64,000 bases of DNA from Mobula hypostoma. Taxonomy: Eukaryota. Shown in pieces: positions 10,868-24,368 of the stretch (positions are counted from its first letter, which is position 1; the number at the start of each line of letters is the position of its first letter). Position numbers and translations under genes: made by a program. The DNA lies in the NCBI RefSeq assembly GCF_963921235.1, contig NC_086097.1, forward strand, positions 222,086,001 through 222,150,000. Direction: 5' to 3'. Under the pieces are notes generated by a model that saw only the letters and a program-made list of their open reading frames with translations, was not told where the DNA came from and did not search any database.

Positions 10868-11080
10868 TGCTGTTCCTTATCGTGGTGAGGAGGTTTGTGT
10901 ACCCTAATGATCCTGGGAGCTCTACCAGCTGGGACTTCAGTCCCTGGTAGGTTCAACCTTGCTGGGCAGGTTCCAGGTGAAGGGCCAGACGAATACAGTA
11001 CCAGGTCCTCCAGGTTGGGGGTTGGGCGTAGGGCCAGCAACCCTACCCTGTAAAATCTTTACCGCTACAGAAACTGCAGG
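10868..11080 (+). mobile_element. RTE (Expander/Rex3-like) 5' UTR fragment
   Basis: Characteristic motifs CCTTATCGTGGTGAGGAGGTTTGTG...AATGATCCTGGGAGCT and GGTCCTCCAGGTTGGGGGTTGGGCGTAGGG...ACCCTGTAAAA. Confidence 0.6.
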
Positions 11081-11174
11081 CCCCATCTGCCACCTAGGCA
11101 CTAAGGGTTCAGATGACGATTTGCTCTATCGCATCTGCTCCGCCATTTTACCTTGGCTGATCCAATTTTACTCT

Positions 11175-11797
11175 CAGCCTCAATCTCCTGCCTTTACAAG
11201 AAGGGGATGAGCAGGCTCTATTTTTTAAGGAAGTTGAGATCCTTTGATGTGTGCAGCAGGATGTTGGAGATCTTTTACCAGTCTGTTGCAGCGAGTGCAG
11301 TCTTCTTTGTTGTTTTATGTTCAGGGAGTCGCATTGGTTCTGGTGATGCAAAAAGACTAAATAAACTCATCAAAAAGGCTGGCTTTGGCTACAATCCAGA
11401 CACCTTGGAGTTAGTGGTGGAGAGGAGGTCACTAAACAGTTATCCATTATGGACAATCCAGCACATCCTCTCCATGTCCTATTGTATTAGCAGCAGAGAA
11501 CCCTTTCGAACAGACTCATTCAGCTCCCCTATCATAAGGATCGTTACAGAAAATCTTTCCTACCAAATGCAAAAGCATATACAACAGCTCATCTCTTCGT
11601 GACAGGAGAACACACATCATAGAAAATATTATTTCATACATTATTATTGCACATTGTGTATTAAACACATTATTGTGTATATTATTATTCTGTACTATTA
11701 TTAGCTACGTCTGCACACTTGTTTGTTCTTAAATATTGCTGCTGTAACAAAAGAAATTCCCACTCAGGATCAATAAAATACTTCATTATTATTATTG
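11175..11797 (+). mobile_element. Rex1/Babar-like LINE 3' end
   Basis: 'YKKGMSRLYFLRKLRSFDVCSRMLEIFYQSV'; AATAAA plus (ATT)n tail. Confidence 0.85.
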
Positions 11798-12246
11798 TAT
11801 TCTAGTCTTCTTGAAATGAATGCTAACATTGCATTTGCCTTCCTCATCACAGACTCAACCTGCAATTAGTGAATCCTGCACAAGGACTCCCAAGTCCCTT
11901 TGCACCTCAGTTTTTTTTTGTATTTTCTCCATTTTGAAAATAGTCAACTCTTTCACTTCTTCTACCAAAGTGCATGACCATACACTTCCCAACACTGTAT
12001 TCCCTCTGCCATTTCTTTGCCCATTCTCCTAAACTGTTTAAGTCCTCCTGTAGCCTCTCAGCTTCCTCAAAACTACCTGTCATCTGCAAACTTTGCAACA
12101 AAGCCATCAATTTCAACATCCAAATCACTGACATATAATATAAAAAGAATCAGATCTAACACAGACCCCCTGTGGAACACCACTAGTCACCAGTAGCCAG
12201 CCAAAAAAGGCTCCCTTCAGTTCCACCATTTGCCTCCTGCCCAATC

Positions 12247-15200
12247 GTCTTCGGGCAAGACGAGGGGAGGTGGTGTCTGCCTCCTGATCAACACTGCGTG
12301 GTGCTCGGACACAGTGACACTGACAAGTTCCTGCAGCCCGGACCTGGAACACCTGTCGGTGAAGTGTCGTCCCTACTATCTGCCACGGGAATTCATCTCG
12401 GTCATACAGATAGCGGTCTACATTCCCTCCCAGGCGGACGTGGAGTGTGCTTTGAACATGCTATATGCCAACATCAGTGAACTTGAGACCAGATGTCTGG
12501 AGGCTTTGCTCATTACAGCCGGGGAATTTAACCAGGCCAACCTCAGAAAGGTGCTGCAAAGTTATACCAACATGTCTCCTGCCCCCCTAGAGGCCTGAAT
12601 ATACTTGACCACTGCTACACAGCAGTCAAGGATGCCTACAGTTCCGTCCCACGACCTCACTTCGGAAAATCAGACCATCAGGCCGTACTCCTCCTCCCAG
12701 CTTACAAACAGGAACTGAAGCGGGAGGTCACAGTGTCAAAAGTAGTGTCGCGTTGGACGGAGGAAACGGATGAGGCCCTCCATGACTGCTTTGAATTGAT
12801 GGACTGGTTAGTATTCAAGGACTCAGCAGCTAACCTCGATGAGTATGCCTCAGCTGTCACAGACTTTATTTGGAAATGCATGGAGGACTGTATGTCTCGC
12901 AAGACGATCTGGGTATCCCCGAACCGGAAACCTTGGATGATTTATGAGGTCAAGTCCCTTTTGAAGGCTAGAGCTGTGGCTTTTAGGTCTGGGGATACCA
13001 GTCACTACATGGAATCCAGGCGTGAACTCCGGAAAGCCATTAAGGGCGCCAAGAGGCAATATTGAGCCAAGTTGGAAGCCCAGGCTAACCAGAGGGATGG
13101 CAGTAGTCTTTGGCAGGATCTAAATGAGATCACTGGGCACAAAGAAAAGGCTGGGAATATCAATAACTGCAGCGCTTCTTTTCCTGATGAACTTAATGTA
13201 TTCTACACAAGCTTCAAACAGAAGAGGAGCGTCCCGCTCCCTCCGGATGAACCAGACCTGGTGGCATTGAGATTCATTGTCACCGAGGAGGACGTTAGAA
13301 GGGCCTTCCTGAAGATAAATCCAAGGAAGGCGACGGGCCCAGATGTCGAGCCGGGACGGGTTCTCCGGGCCTGTGCAAGTGAGCTAGCTGGAGTGTTTGC
13401 TGACAGCTTCAACTGCTCCTTGCTTCAGCCTAAGATCCCTTCATGTTTTAAGAAGGCAACGATAACCCCAGTGCCGAAGAAGAGCAAAGTGGCATGCCTG
13501 AATGACTATCGACCTGCGGCTCTGACATCAATTGCTATGAAGTGCTTCGAGTGATTGGTTATGGCACACATCAACCACAGCCTACCGGTCAACCTCGACA
13601 CGTTGCAATTCGCTTACCAGAGCAACAGGTCAACGGCAGATGCCATCTATCTGGCCCTACATTCCTCCTTAGAACACGTGGAGAATAAAGACGCATAAGT
13701 AAGGCTCCTTTTCATTGACTGCAGCTCTGCCTTTAATATCATCATTCCAAATAAACTGATTCCTAAGCTCCAGAACCTGGGCCTTAGCACTCAGATCTGC
13801 AGCTGGATCTTCAACTTCCTCACAGACAGAACCCAGGTTGAAAAAATAGGGAACAAGCTCTTCTCTACAATCACTCTGAGCACCGGTGCCCCACAAGGCT
13901 GTGTACTCAGCCCCCCTGCTGTACTCACTCTATACCCATGATTGTGTAGCCAAGTTTCCATCAAACTCAATATACAGGTTTCCCCCGCCATCCGAAGGTA
14001 GAGCGTTCCTATGAAATGGTTCGTAAGCTGAAATGTCGTAAAGCAAAGAAGCAATTACCATTTATTTATATGGGAAAATTTTGTGAGCGTTCACAGACCC
14101 AAAAATAACCTACCAAATCATGCCAAATAACACATTAAACCTAAAATAACAGTAACATATAGTAAAAGCAGAAATGATATGATAAATACGCAGCCTATAT
14201 AAAGTAGAAATACTTTTCCACAATCATTACTGAACTGTTCTCCGTAGTGAAGATCTCACGCAAGCGCCGTCGGCAGAAAATCTCACGCAAGCGCTCTTGG
14301 CAAAAACACTCTCCCCAGTAACCTTTAAGCTATGAAGGTGCCAAATCATACCAAATAACACGTAAAAATACACAGCCTATATAAAGTAGAAATAATGTAT
14401 GTACAGTGTAGTATCACTTACCGGAATCGGGAAGACAGCGCTGAGCACACTGATGATGGTGTGTTAGGCTGAGTCGTCGCAGGTTGGGTGGTGCAGTGGC
14501 CCCCACCCTCCGGGCCGCCGAGCGATACATTGCCGTGAAGCATACAGGGGTCCAACGGTAGCCGGGAGGCACACAGCACATCTTTAAGAAAAACGCTGAA
14601 ACAAACATGCTAATTAATTAGGTGCCACCTGACACATAATTGTTGGCCCAGATCAGTGCCGATTTCCGATTGCATCGTCTCTGATCTGGGCCGACAATTA
14701 CATGTCGGGCGACACCTAATCAATTAGCATGTTTATTTAAGCTCTTTTCTTAAAGATGTGCTGTGTGCCTCCCGGCTACCATTGCATTCCCTGCAAATCG
14801 GTATCTGTCCGTGGCCTGGGGGTTGGGGTGGTGGGACACTGGGGTGTCATCTCATTGTCGTCTGTTTCCATGAGGGCAGGCAGCTCATCTTCTCCTATGA
14901 TTGCCCGCTTCAATGTCGAAGGTCGAGGTTCGTCGTCTGCTGTGGCTGATGTGGAAGGCTTGCTTGACTGCTGAGCTTCGCGCATTTTTCTATCACACAG
15001 TTCTTTGTAAGGACTCAAACCATCCTGCAAATATCCCCTAAACCGACGTACCCTTTCAAAATTAAAGTTGTACTTTATCATTACTCATTCAGTTTTGATT
15101 GTTATCCTTTTTTCTTCCAATTGCATCAGCTCTGAATCTGTCAGTTCTTGGTCATGGGATGCCAAAACCTCTTCAACATCATCTTCGTCAACTTCCACAG

Positions 15201-16446
15201 GCCAAACTCACTTTGTCCTTACTTCGTTCACCATGATCGAAATGCTTAATTATGTCTAGTTTTACACTAAGTGTAACACCCTTACGAGCTCTTTCAGGCT
15301 TTTCCGATACCTTAGAACTCATCCTGCAAACGGCTACTCACAGGCTCATGTTAAAGCAATGCCGTTCCGAATCCGGGGGGAGAGCCGCTGCTCACGTGCC
15401 TTTTTTCCCACGCTGATTTTTTTTTCGTAACAGTGAAAACACCTTCTGAAAGCGAAAACAGGGTACTAATGTAGGTCTTTTGTAACAGTGAGGTTTCGTA
15501 AAGCGAATGTTCGAAAAGCAGGTGACACCTGTGTAAGTTTGCTGATGACACAACAATTGTAGGCTGTATCTCGGGTAATGATAAGCTTGAGTACAGAGAG
15601 GAAATTAAGAACTTGATGGCATGGTGCGAAGACAATAACCTATCCCTTAATGTCAGCAAGATGAAGGAATTGGTTGTTGACTTCAGAAGGAGTAGTGGAC
15701 CACATGACCCCATTTACATCGGTGGTGCGCAAGTGGAACAGGTCAAAAGCTTTAAGTTCCTCAGGGTCAATATCACAAATGACCTGACTTGGCCCAACCA
15801 AGCAGAGTCCACTGCCAAGAAGGCCCACCAGTGCCTTTACTTGCTGAGAAAACTAAAGAAATTTGGCCTGTCCCTTAAAACCCTCACTAATTTTTATAGA
15901 TGCACTGTAGAAAGCATTCTTTTAGGGTGCATCACAACCTGGTATGGAAGTTGTCCTGTCCAAGACTGGAAGAAGCTGCAGAAATTCGTGAACACGGCGC
16001 AGCACATCACACAAACCAATCTTCCGTCCTTGGACTCACTTTACACCACACGCTGTCGGAGCAGTGCTGCCAGGATAATCAAGGACATGACCCACCCAAC
16101 CAACACACTTTTCGTCCCTCTTCCCTCCGGGAGAAGGCTCAGGAGCTTGAAGACTCATACAGCCAGATTTGGGAACAGCTTCTTTCCAACTGCGATAAGA
16201 CTGCTGAACGGATCCAGACCCGGATCTGGGCCGTAACCTCCAAATATCCGGACCTGCCCCTCGGTTTTTTTTGCACTACCTTACTTTACATTTCTCTATT
16301 TTCTATTTATGATTTATAATTTAAATTATTAATATTTACTATCGATTTGTAATCCAGGGAGCAGGAGCGCAGAATCAAGTATCGCTATGATAATTGTACA
16401 TTCTAGTATCAATTGCTTTGCAACAATAAAGTATAAAGTATAAAGT
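12247..16446 (+). mobile_element. Rex1/Babar LINE (EN and RT, 5'-truncated), interrupted by a Tigger element
   Basis: EN 'RGGGVCLLIN..WC...YIP'; RT 'KATGPD...LNDYRPAALTSIAMKCFE', '[11 protein letters not shown]', 'IYKFADD'; ORF 15613-16236; (ATAAAGT)3 tail; ATC duplicated at both junctions. Confidence 0.92.
13975..15531 (-). mobile_element. Tigger/pogo DNA transposon, internally deleted
   Basis: Imperfect TIRs CAGGTTTCCCCCGCCATCCGAA and (rc) CAGGTGTCACCTGCTTTTCGAA; TA left, TG right (decayed TA); ATG at 15322 gives 'MSSKVSEKPERARKGVTLSVKLDIIKHFDHGE' (CENP-B HTH) joined to the C-terminal 'DEDDVEEVLASHDQELTDSELMQLEE'. Confidence 0.88.
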
Positions 16447-17221
16447 ATCAGCCACTGCTTTATGCATGTTGGAATCTTTCCTGTAATACCATGGGCTCAT
16501 TATTTGTTAAGCAGCCTCATGTGTGGCACCTTGTCAAAGGCCTTCTGAAAATCAAAGTACACAACATCAACTGATCTTCCTTTGTCTACTCTGCTTGTTA
16601 TTTCTTCAAAGAATTCCAACAGATTTGTCAGGCAAGATTTGCTACACTGTATCCTTGTCTGTGATCCAGTTTCCACACTGAGGATAATTTTCAGATAGAA
16701 GATGGATCACTGGGGGTCTGTTCAGTGGTGAGAGACACAGAGGATTGTTGGAACACTTTAATCAATGACAGTAAGACAATATTACTTTATTTTTAAATTT
16801 AAGCTTGTTAATTAATTGCCTTAGTCATAGTAATCACCCTGTTTATAGAGGCCTTGATATAAACTGTACATCTCTGAACAATGCAGGAATAGTAGATTTC
16901 CAACCTTACTGAAGGGTATGATTTGCAGGAAGTAGTTCAATGATAATTTTAAAATTTCAACATTTTATTCACTGTATTTGCAGGGGTTTTTTTTTTGGAA
17001 TTTACCTCGTGTTTCCATGCAATAAATAATTTTGGAATGACAGCAAATGCTCCTCATATTAACATGAGTATTTTATAAGAAGGAAAACAAATTTGCCCTG
17101 GATCAAATGTGTAAACAAATCATTTTAGCTTATGGACTGAAAGATTTTTGAACAAGTGTATGAATTAATCCAAAACAAAGCACTGCATTCACAAAACCAA
17201 TCTGGTTTACCAATGATCAAA

Positions 17222-17870
17222 AACACAGGGATTCTGCAGATGCTGGAGATCCAGAGTAACACACAAGATGCTGAAGGATCTCAGCAGATCAGGCAGTATC
17301 TATGGAGAGGAAGAAAGAGTCAACATTTCAGGGCCAGACCTGGAAAGGAAGGGAGAAGAAGAAGGTAGGAGGAAGGGAAAGAGCATCAGCCAGAAGGTGA
17401 TAGCTGAAGCCAGTTGAGCAGTTAGGTAGGGCCATGGAGGGAGGGAGCATGGAGGTAATAGATGGAAAATGTGAAGGGTTGAAGAAGAAGGAACCTGATA
17501 AGAATGAGTGGACAAAAGGAGAAAGGGAAGGGTGAGGGGCACCAGAGGGGGCTGATAGGTATGCAAGGAGAAGAGAAGGGGTAAGTTGGAAGCCAGAATG
17601 GAAAATAGAAAACAGGGGGGGAAGAGAAATTGCCGTAAGTTGGAGAAATCGATGCTCATGCCGTCAGTTCAGACTACCGAAACAGAATATGAAGCATTGT
17701 TCTTCCATCCTGAGGATGGTCTCATCATGGCAGTAGAGCAGGCCATGGTCGACATGCCAGAATGAGTTTGTGGAGTGGAATTAAAATGGCTGGCCACCGA
17801 GATATCCTCCCTGTTGCAAATGGAGCTAAGGTGCTTGACAGCCCCCCAATCTACATTGGGTTTCATTGGA
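17222..17870 (-). mobile_element. Penelope-like element: GIY-YIG endonuclease C-terminus plus pseudo-LTR
   Basis: 'ETQCRLG...HLSSI...VASHFNS...GLLYCHDET.LR.EEQ..IF...L..DGMSIDFSN'; pLTR motif CCAGCATCTGCAGA. Confidence 0.85.
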
Positions 17871-19641
17871 GCTTATTACTGCTCCAACACCAGCCACAGT
17901 AGAGATCAGTTGAAACTAAAGAATGCAAATTATTTCTAAGTAGCTTCTAGAGGGATTGAGTAAATCAATTACATCAAAACCAAAAGTTTGAGTTCTGAAT
18001 TCTTCATAATAAGACTGGCATAGTGGAATAGGAAGTTGCATACTAACTAGACAAACTTTAGTTTTATTACTGTAAGTTTATTGTTGATATGTTTTCAGAA
18101 AATGCTGGCGGTTGACCATGACTATTAGATAAAACATACTCAATCTGAGTGAAAAACACAAAAATGGAGATGTTTTTCAGCATTGTATATGCACATTAAG
18201 GCAAATTACAGGTCAGGTTTGAATTTGTTTGGTCTTAACCAATAAAACATGAAACGGTAAGAATACAACTATGATATACAAGTACCCTTTGCAACAACCA
18301 TTTGCCAGATGCTTTGGAAAATTATTTGCAGAGCATTGTTAAAAAAAGGCCTTTAAGCTATTATCCTCAAACTTTAAATACCCTGCTTACTTCAATAATG
18401 ACAAGACCAATAATAGGGAAAAGCTGATATGGAAATGGTAAAAGTTTGTTCCTACCTTCTCATCACATTGCATCAAGGGACCAAATGGCAATAAAAATTG
18501 TTTTATAATGATTGAAGCTTTTAAAAATCTGTAATCAACCAATTGTGTTAAATACTGATAAAAGATAAAATGCTATCCCTGAAATGAACCAGAAATAAAA
18601 ATTTAAAAAATAGTGGATTGTTAGTACACTTAATGAATAATAAATATACCTATAGTTAACTTGTTAATTTATGTTTTTTTTGTCTGATTGGTCTAATTAG
18701 TCACATACTTTTGAGCCAATTCTTTTGAAGATTAGTATAGCTGATTAGTTTTTGTTTTTTCAGTAATTCTTGGTAATTTATTTAGTTGTACGATTTGTGT
18801 TTTAGTGTTAACTGTGTAACTAAAACAGTACTAAAACTAAATAAACCTGTACAAAAATGTTATTTTGCAAATAATGTGTATGTAGTCATGTGGTACAGGT
18901 GCCTGGATAAAGTGTATGGAAATTTGGGAACACAGTGCATCTCAAGCTAAAATCTTTACTAATAAAACCCTTGCCTCTGAACTTTCTGGCGGATTTATTA
19001 AACTGAAACAAACTGGAGACCCTCTGATGCATAAATGAAGTAGATGCATATCTGGACAACTTACTCCAATCCTTGGTCACTCTCTACAGAGCCGGGCAGA
19101 TGGCTAATATAGTAAAAGGTAAGGGAAACTTTGGTGAACTAGATGAGGATCATTAAATATTGATACTATTTGGGAGGGAAAATATACTTCCTACTTTTGA
19201 GAATTGGAATACAGTCCATTGGAATGATAGGTGGAATGCTAGACACAGCATTTTGAAGCAAGAGGTCATCCAGAAAAAGAGGAATGGAATAATAATATAG
19301 CAGTTTTCAAGGATTCAATAGAGAGAAGAACAATCAATCCTTCTCATAGTTATCAATCATTCTCTGTGTAAATCACACCCCCCCACTCCCAAACCCCCTT
19401 CAAAACTCCTTTTTGCCATCTTCTACCTATGCTCCCTCTTGTTTTTGTGGAAAAAGAAACCAAATTGGTAATGAGGAGGCATACAGGAGTCAGATCGATT
19501 GGCTGGTTGAGTGGTGTTGCAACAGCTTCAGCAACCCAAGGATTGTGGACCTCAGGAAGAGCCGTTAACAGTGGAACGTTTCAGTAGCTTCAGGTTCCTG
19601 GGTGTCAAGATATTAGATGATGTATCCCAAGACCAACACAC

Positions 19642-20705
19642 TAAAGATAAAGAGATTAGCTTCATTTGTCACACGTATGTCGGAACCTCAAAACATACAG
19701 TGAAATGTGTTGTTTGTGTCCTATGTATCCAGAGAGCTGCCTTGTGGGGATTAGAGACAGGGGACCAAAACAGACTGAAACACAAGCTGACTTGAGACAA
19801 AGCACGGGGTCATGAAGGACTCCATCTCAAAGCAGCAAGGAAGATTGAAGCATCGAGGTGATTGCAGAAGGGATCAGTGATGGCACTCAATGGAGATGGC
19901 CAGCAGCTGGATCGGCTCCAGGTTTACAGAAGGACTAATTTCGTGCGGCTGCTCTCCTCGTATGCAGATGAAAAGATGTTTCTGATCTTCTGATATTTAT
20001 GTGATTTTTGGGCTGTGCTTTAAATTGGTTTCCTTCAGTTTTTCATTGTTTTCTTCCTTGTGGACGATTGGCGGGAGGGTGATCCGTTAAATGTTTGTGT
20101 GTAAGAGAAGGGGTTGGGGATTTTGATGCTACAGTTGCTGTTCTTTTCTGCGAGTGAGGGAGTGAGAGAGGATGAAGGGGGATTGTTATTGTTGCTGTTT
20201 TTTTCTGTGAGTGAGGAGATCAGGCACCGTTTTTGTCACAGTGTTTTTCTGCAGGGGAGACCGTCAGGCACTGTTACTATCACTGTCGTTTTCTGTGGGG
20301 GATGGGGGCATTCTTGGGTCTGCTAGTTCTGTTTCTCTTCTTTTTCATGCCATGAAGGGGGGATCTGGTGTTTTCTTTCATCTGCTCCCATGGTCTTTCT
20401 GTATTTCATGTCTATCTGGAGAAGACAAATATCAGAGGTGTATTGTACGTGCATACTTTGACAATAAAATGAACCTTCGAAATCAATCAGCGAGGATTGT
20501 GCTGGGTAGTCTGCAAATGTCACTTCATGCTTCCAGCATCAAAATACCATGCCTACAACTCACTAATCCTAACCGTACATCTTTTGAATGCAGGAGGAAA
20601 CCCACGTGGAACATCCAATCTCCTTATGGGCAGAGGCGGGAACTGAACCCTGATTGGTGGTTATTGGCAGTGTAAAGTGATGTGCCAACCACCACACTAC
20701 CATGC
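19642..20705 (-). mobile_element. tRNA-headed V-SINE (HE1-like); head 20483-20705, tail 19642-19720, interrupted by another element
   Basis: On the minus strand: A-box TAGTGTGGTGG, B-box GGTTCAGTTCC, V-core GTGGGTTTCCTCC and a (CTTTAT) tail. Confidence 0.75.
19722..20482 (+). mobile_element. Non-coding non-autonomous retroelement with Rex1-type AATAAA/(TTTGAAC) tail
   Basis: 3' end resembles those of 36277-37064, 49452-50330 and the Rex1 end at 53540. Confidence 0.6.
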
Positions 20706-21344
20706 TGTCTCAATGTAACCATGAAGAAGGCACAGCAATGGCTTTACTTTGTTAGGTGTTTGAGGAGATTTGGTATGTCACCAAAGACGCTACAAATTTC
20801 TAGGAAGATTACAGTGGAAAGCATTCTGATTGGTTTCATCACGGTCAGGAGTGGAGTCTTCAACACACAGGAGCACAAGAGGCTGCAAAGGGCTGTAGGC
20901 TCATGCAACTCCATCATGGGCAAAACCCTCCCCACAATGAAGGAGATCTTCAAGAGGTGGGTGCCTCAAAAACATGGTATCAATCTCTAAGGATCATCAC
21001 CATCCAGGACATACTCTCTGACCCACACTCAATCATTCAGAAACAGTTTCTTCCCCTCTACCATTGGATTTGTGAACACATGAAAGATACCACATTGTTT
21101 CTTACTTTTATTGATTTATTTTTGTACTTTATAGTACAGTCATATCTCTGCACTATACTGCTGATGAGAAAAACTGATATGTCAGTGATAATAGTTGTGA
21201 TTCTGATTCAAACATTCCTCACGCTATAACAGGATACAAGCTCCAGTTTCCTATCGGAGGATGCATAATCACTCTAAAAACATCCTTTCCTTCTCAGGGA
21301 ATTCCTTTAAGTTGAATAAATCTACAGTATGTCAGTTCTGATGT

Positions 21345-21455
21345 AATTGTGGAACCCTGTGGAAAGCAGAAATGGACGGGGAGGGGAAGATATGACTGGT
21401 AGTGGGATCATTTTGTAGCAGTTGTGTATTGAAATATAGGAAATGGAGAGCATGT
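21345..21455 (+). mobile_element. Penelope-like fragment
   Basis: Antisense reads 'LQNDPTTSHIFPSP.ISAFHR', a Penelope RT-GIY linker motif; the coding strand is minus. Confidence 0.55.
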
Positions 21456-23399
21456 GTAAAAACTCTTGTTTTTAATAACAGATTTATTGACTGCAAATTA
21501 AAACTCTTCCTCATGGCCTCCCATGTTGATGCATTTTCTGAGTCAAACCACCTGACACATTTAGGAGTATACTTACATAGAATAGACAGGAGTTAAGTTA
21601 CTGAGCAGTACTTTGTTCCAAAATTTGGCACAGAGTGCTACTCAGAGATGTTGACCACTGAAGATGGAACTTTTAAGACAAAGAAATTTTGTTTGCAATA
21701 TTTATTCATTAACACACTTATTCCAGAACATTTTTTAACAATTGATGGTTCTAAAGCTGTAAATGTTGAATAGATAATGCCAACTGACCCTATTTATGAT
21801 ATCTTTCCAGTGAACATCCAGTTCTTTTCACCTTTTACATCAATATTTATAAAAGAATTATCCATTACTTAAAAAATAATTCTTGCACTAATATGCAGAT
21901 GGGGTAGTTTCTTGCATATTCTGTGATTCAGAAACATGTGTAATTGGAATTGGAAGTCTTACAAAAGATCCTAAGTTCCCTTACTATTCACAAGGAGGCT
22001 GCCTCATGCTATCACCAAGTCTATTTACAACACCACAGTGTTTCCTTGAAGCAACATGGGTGAGAGGAAACATGATGCACCCTCCAGGCATTGAATTAGC
22101 ATATTCATTATGATTTTTAATTTATATTTATTTGGAATACTGATTAAAAATGCTGGTGAAAGATATCCTGGGGAACTTGAAAAAATTATTGTTAGCCGGA
22201 GAACAATTAGCCATTGCCTGTAAGAATTGTGGAAAAAAAGTCAGTAATTGCCTGCAAAAGGGAATGAACATGTTGGAAAGCAAAAGAAAAAAATAATTTA
22301 CGGGACTATGAGACATAAGTTCAATAAGTTGAATTAACTCCTTCTATGCTGTAATATTTCTATAATTCTAAGTTGTCATACTTAAGTTCATCTGGTCAAC
22401 AGAAACATCAAACTTGTATCATAGAACAACTATCAAAATATTATTCAAACATAATCAATTTCTTGTCTGGAACAAGAAGTGCTTAAGATCCCTCTTCAAT
22501 TGTGTAACAGATTAAGAAATATTGGAAAGCATAAGGAAAAATCAGATTTTTCCAAGTTTACTCTGCAATCTATTCAGAGTGGGGCAGCAAACAATCTTCC
22601 ATTCAACTAATGTATTATTTTACAGCTGTGATTGCTTTTTCTCTTACTGACACTAAAAGCACTAAAGAGCACTTTCCAATCATTTATCCATTCTCAAGTC
22701 TATTTTACTCTGACTTCAATTAAATTGTATTGATCTCTTTTCAGAAAAATAACCCTTTTCACAAAACAAAATTAAAAACTAAGTGGCTGATGTTTATTTT
22801 GCTTAAAATGATGTTAAAATTGACAGGTGGCTCACAGGAAGAGATAGTTTGCAAAACAATATTTGAAATAAGTCATTATTTTTTAAAATAATATTATCTT
22901 AAAATAAACAATTGTATTAGAAGTGCTCCTTAAACATTACGATCTAGTAGCACACACTATTTTTAAAAAAATACTCACATAATATTCATCTTCCATGCAT
23001 CTTGAGTTTATGCTGCAAATTAAAGTTCTAAAGAAGACGAGTCTATTTATGCACAGCAGTGGCACAAAGGCTTGCTAGATTTCCTGTTATTCTTTGTTCA
23101 GAAGGTAGATCTACTATCTAAATGATGGGAGGTTCCAGGACATTTATAATGCTGCTCTGCCTACTTGCTGTCCCAATGACATCACGTGATATTAACAAAT
23201 GAAATCATTAATTAGAATTCTAACATTCCATTAAAAACTGAACAAATGACAAAATAAAAACATGCACTTGAAGAATGGAAATTAAAATAACATATTATAA
23301 CCATTGTCTTATTTCAAATATTTGTTAATCAAAATAAAGTTAAATCATGGGAAAGATAGAAGTGTTATTTTACAGTGTAAATTTAAAACGAAACTGTAA

Positions 23400-24000
23400 A
23401 CGTTTGTAATCCAAAAAAAAACCAATAATTGCTTAATTCATTCAGCAAGTCAGGCACCAGTTCTGAAGAAGCTTTTCAAGCTGAGGTGTTAACGACTTCT
23501 CTTTCCACAGATGCTACCTGATATGCTGATTTTTTCCAATATCCCAATAGCCCAATATCTTTCCGTGCACTTGTACCTTCTAATAAATTGCACCCACTTA
23601 AGACTAGAACTAATATTCATAAAACAAAATTGCTGGAGCAGTTTCTGCCCACAAAGTTTCAAAATGTGTTATAATGTTCATATTTCTGATCACTGAAGTT
23701 GGCCATGACACAGCACATAACAATAAATCAGACGAGTGCGGTTAGGTAGTTTGTGAGCTATGGCGAATGCCTTTCGAGATGTTTGCTTGGTGAAGACTCT
23801 AGAGGCTAAAAGATCTCAATATGCCTGTGCTCTGCTGCTCTTTGTGGCCGTCTCGTCATGGTGTCGTAAGAACAACATACTGGAAAAACCTAGCAGGTCT
23901 GGCAGCAGATGTGGAAAGTGGAAGAATTCATCTTTGAGGTTGATGCCCTGACCTGCTGAGTGTTTCCAAAATTCTCTGCTTTTATTTCAGATTTCAGCAA
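23400..24000. mobile_element. Two decayed Penelope pseudo-LTR foldback remnants (about 23400-23545 and 23870-24000)
   Basis: CAGCAGGTC..GCAGC...GATGC..CCTGACCTGCTGAG inverted arrangement, as in younger copies. Confidence 0.55.
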
Positions 24001-24368
24001 ATTTTCAATAAGGGAAATCATATTGCTTGAGAACCAACATTGTTCAAATGAGATAGGTCAAATAATTTTGACACATGGCTAGTGATGTTGGACCTGGAGA
24101 AAGCAAAGCCCGCCTTCATTCGTCATTTTGTCACCTTTGAAAATGCTCCAGAGCACTATGGAGTTGAGGGATTACTAGGCAAATCTAGACACATCCACAG
24201 CATTGGGTATGATAAACACTCATCAAGTGTTCTTTGGTAATGATAATTTTGGATGACACCTAAATTAACTCCTGTGTTTCCTTCTCACACTACATTAGGA
24301 TAATTTATTTGAACACAGCATCTATCTAGTCTTTCTCAATGGTTTTGAAATGTTAATCTGTTTAGACA

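Larger units (their letters stand above)
10801..16643 (-). mobile_element. CR1 LINE in pieces (10801-10852 tail, 11800-12246, 16447-16643), host to nested insertions
   Basis: (TCTTATGG)n tail at 10801; ORFs 11907-12134 and 12125-12352 ('VTSGVPQG'); sequence is continuous across the Rex1 insertion (...CCAATC | ATCAGCC...). Confidence 0.8.
19465..21210 (+). mobile_element. Rex1/Babar 3' region (19465-19640 and 20706-21210) split by nested SINEs
   Basis: 'VERFSSFRFLGVKI' continues after the insertions as 'KKAQQWLYFVRCLRRFGMSPKTL...VESILIGFIT'; (GATTCT)n tail. Confidence 0.8.

Noticed and set aside
10868..11080. Possible ribozyme in the RTE 5' UTR fragment
   Set aside because: A hairpin (CTACCAG...CTGGTAG) is present, but I could not fit an HDV or hammerhead topology.
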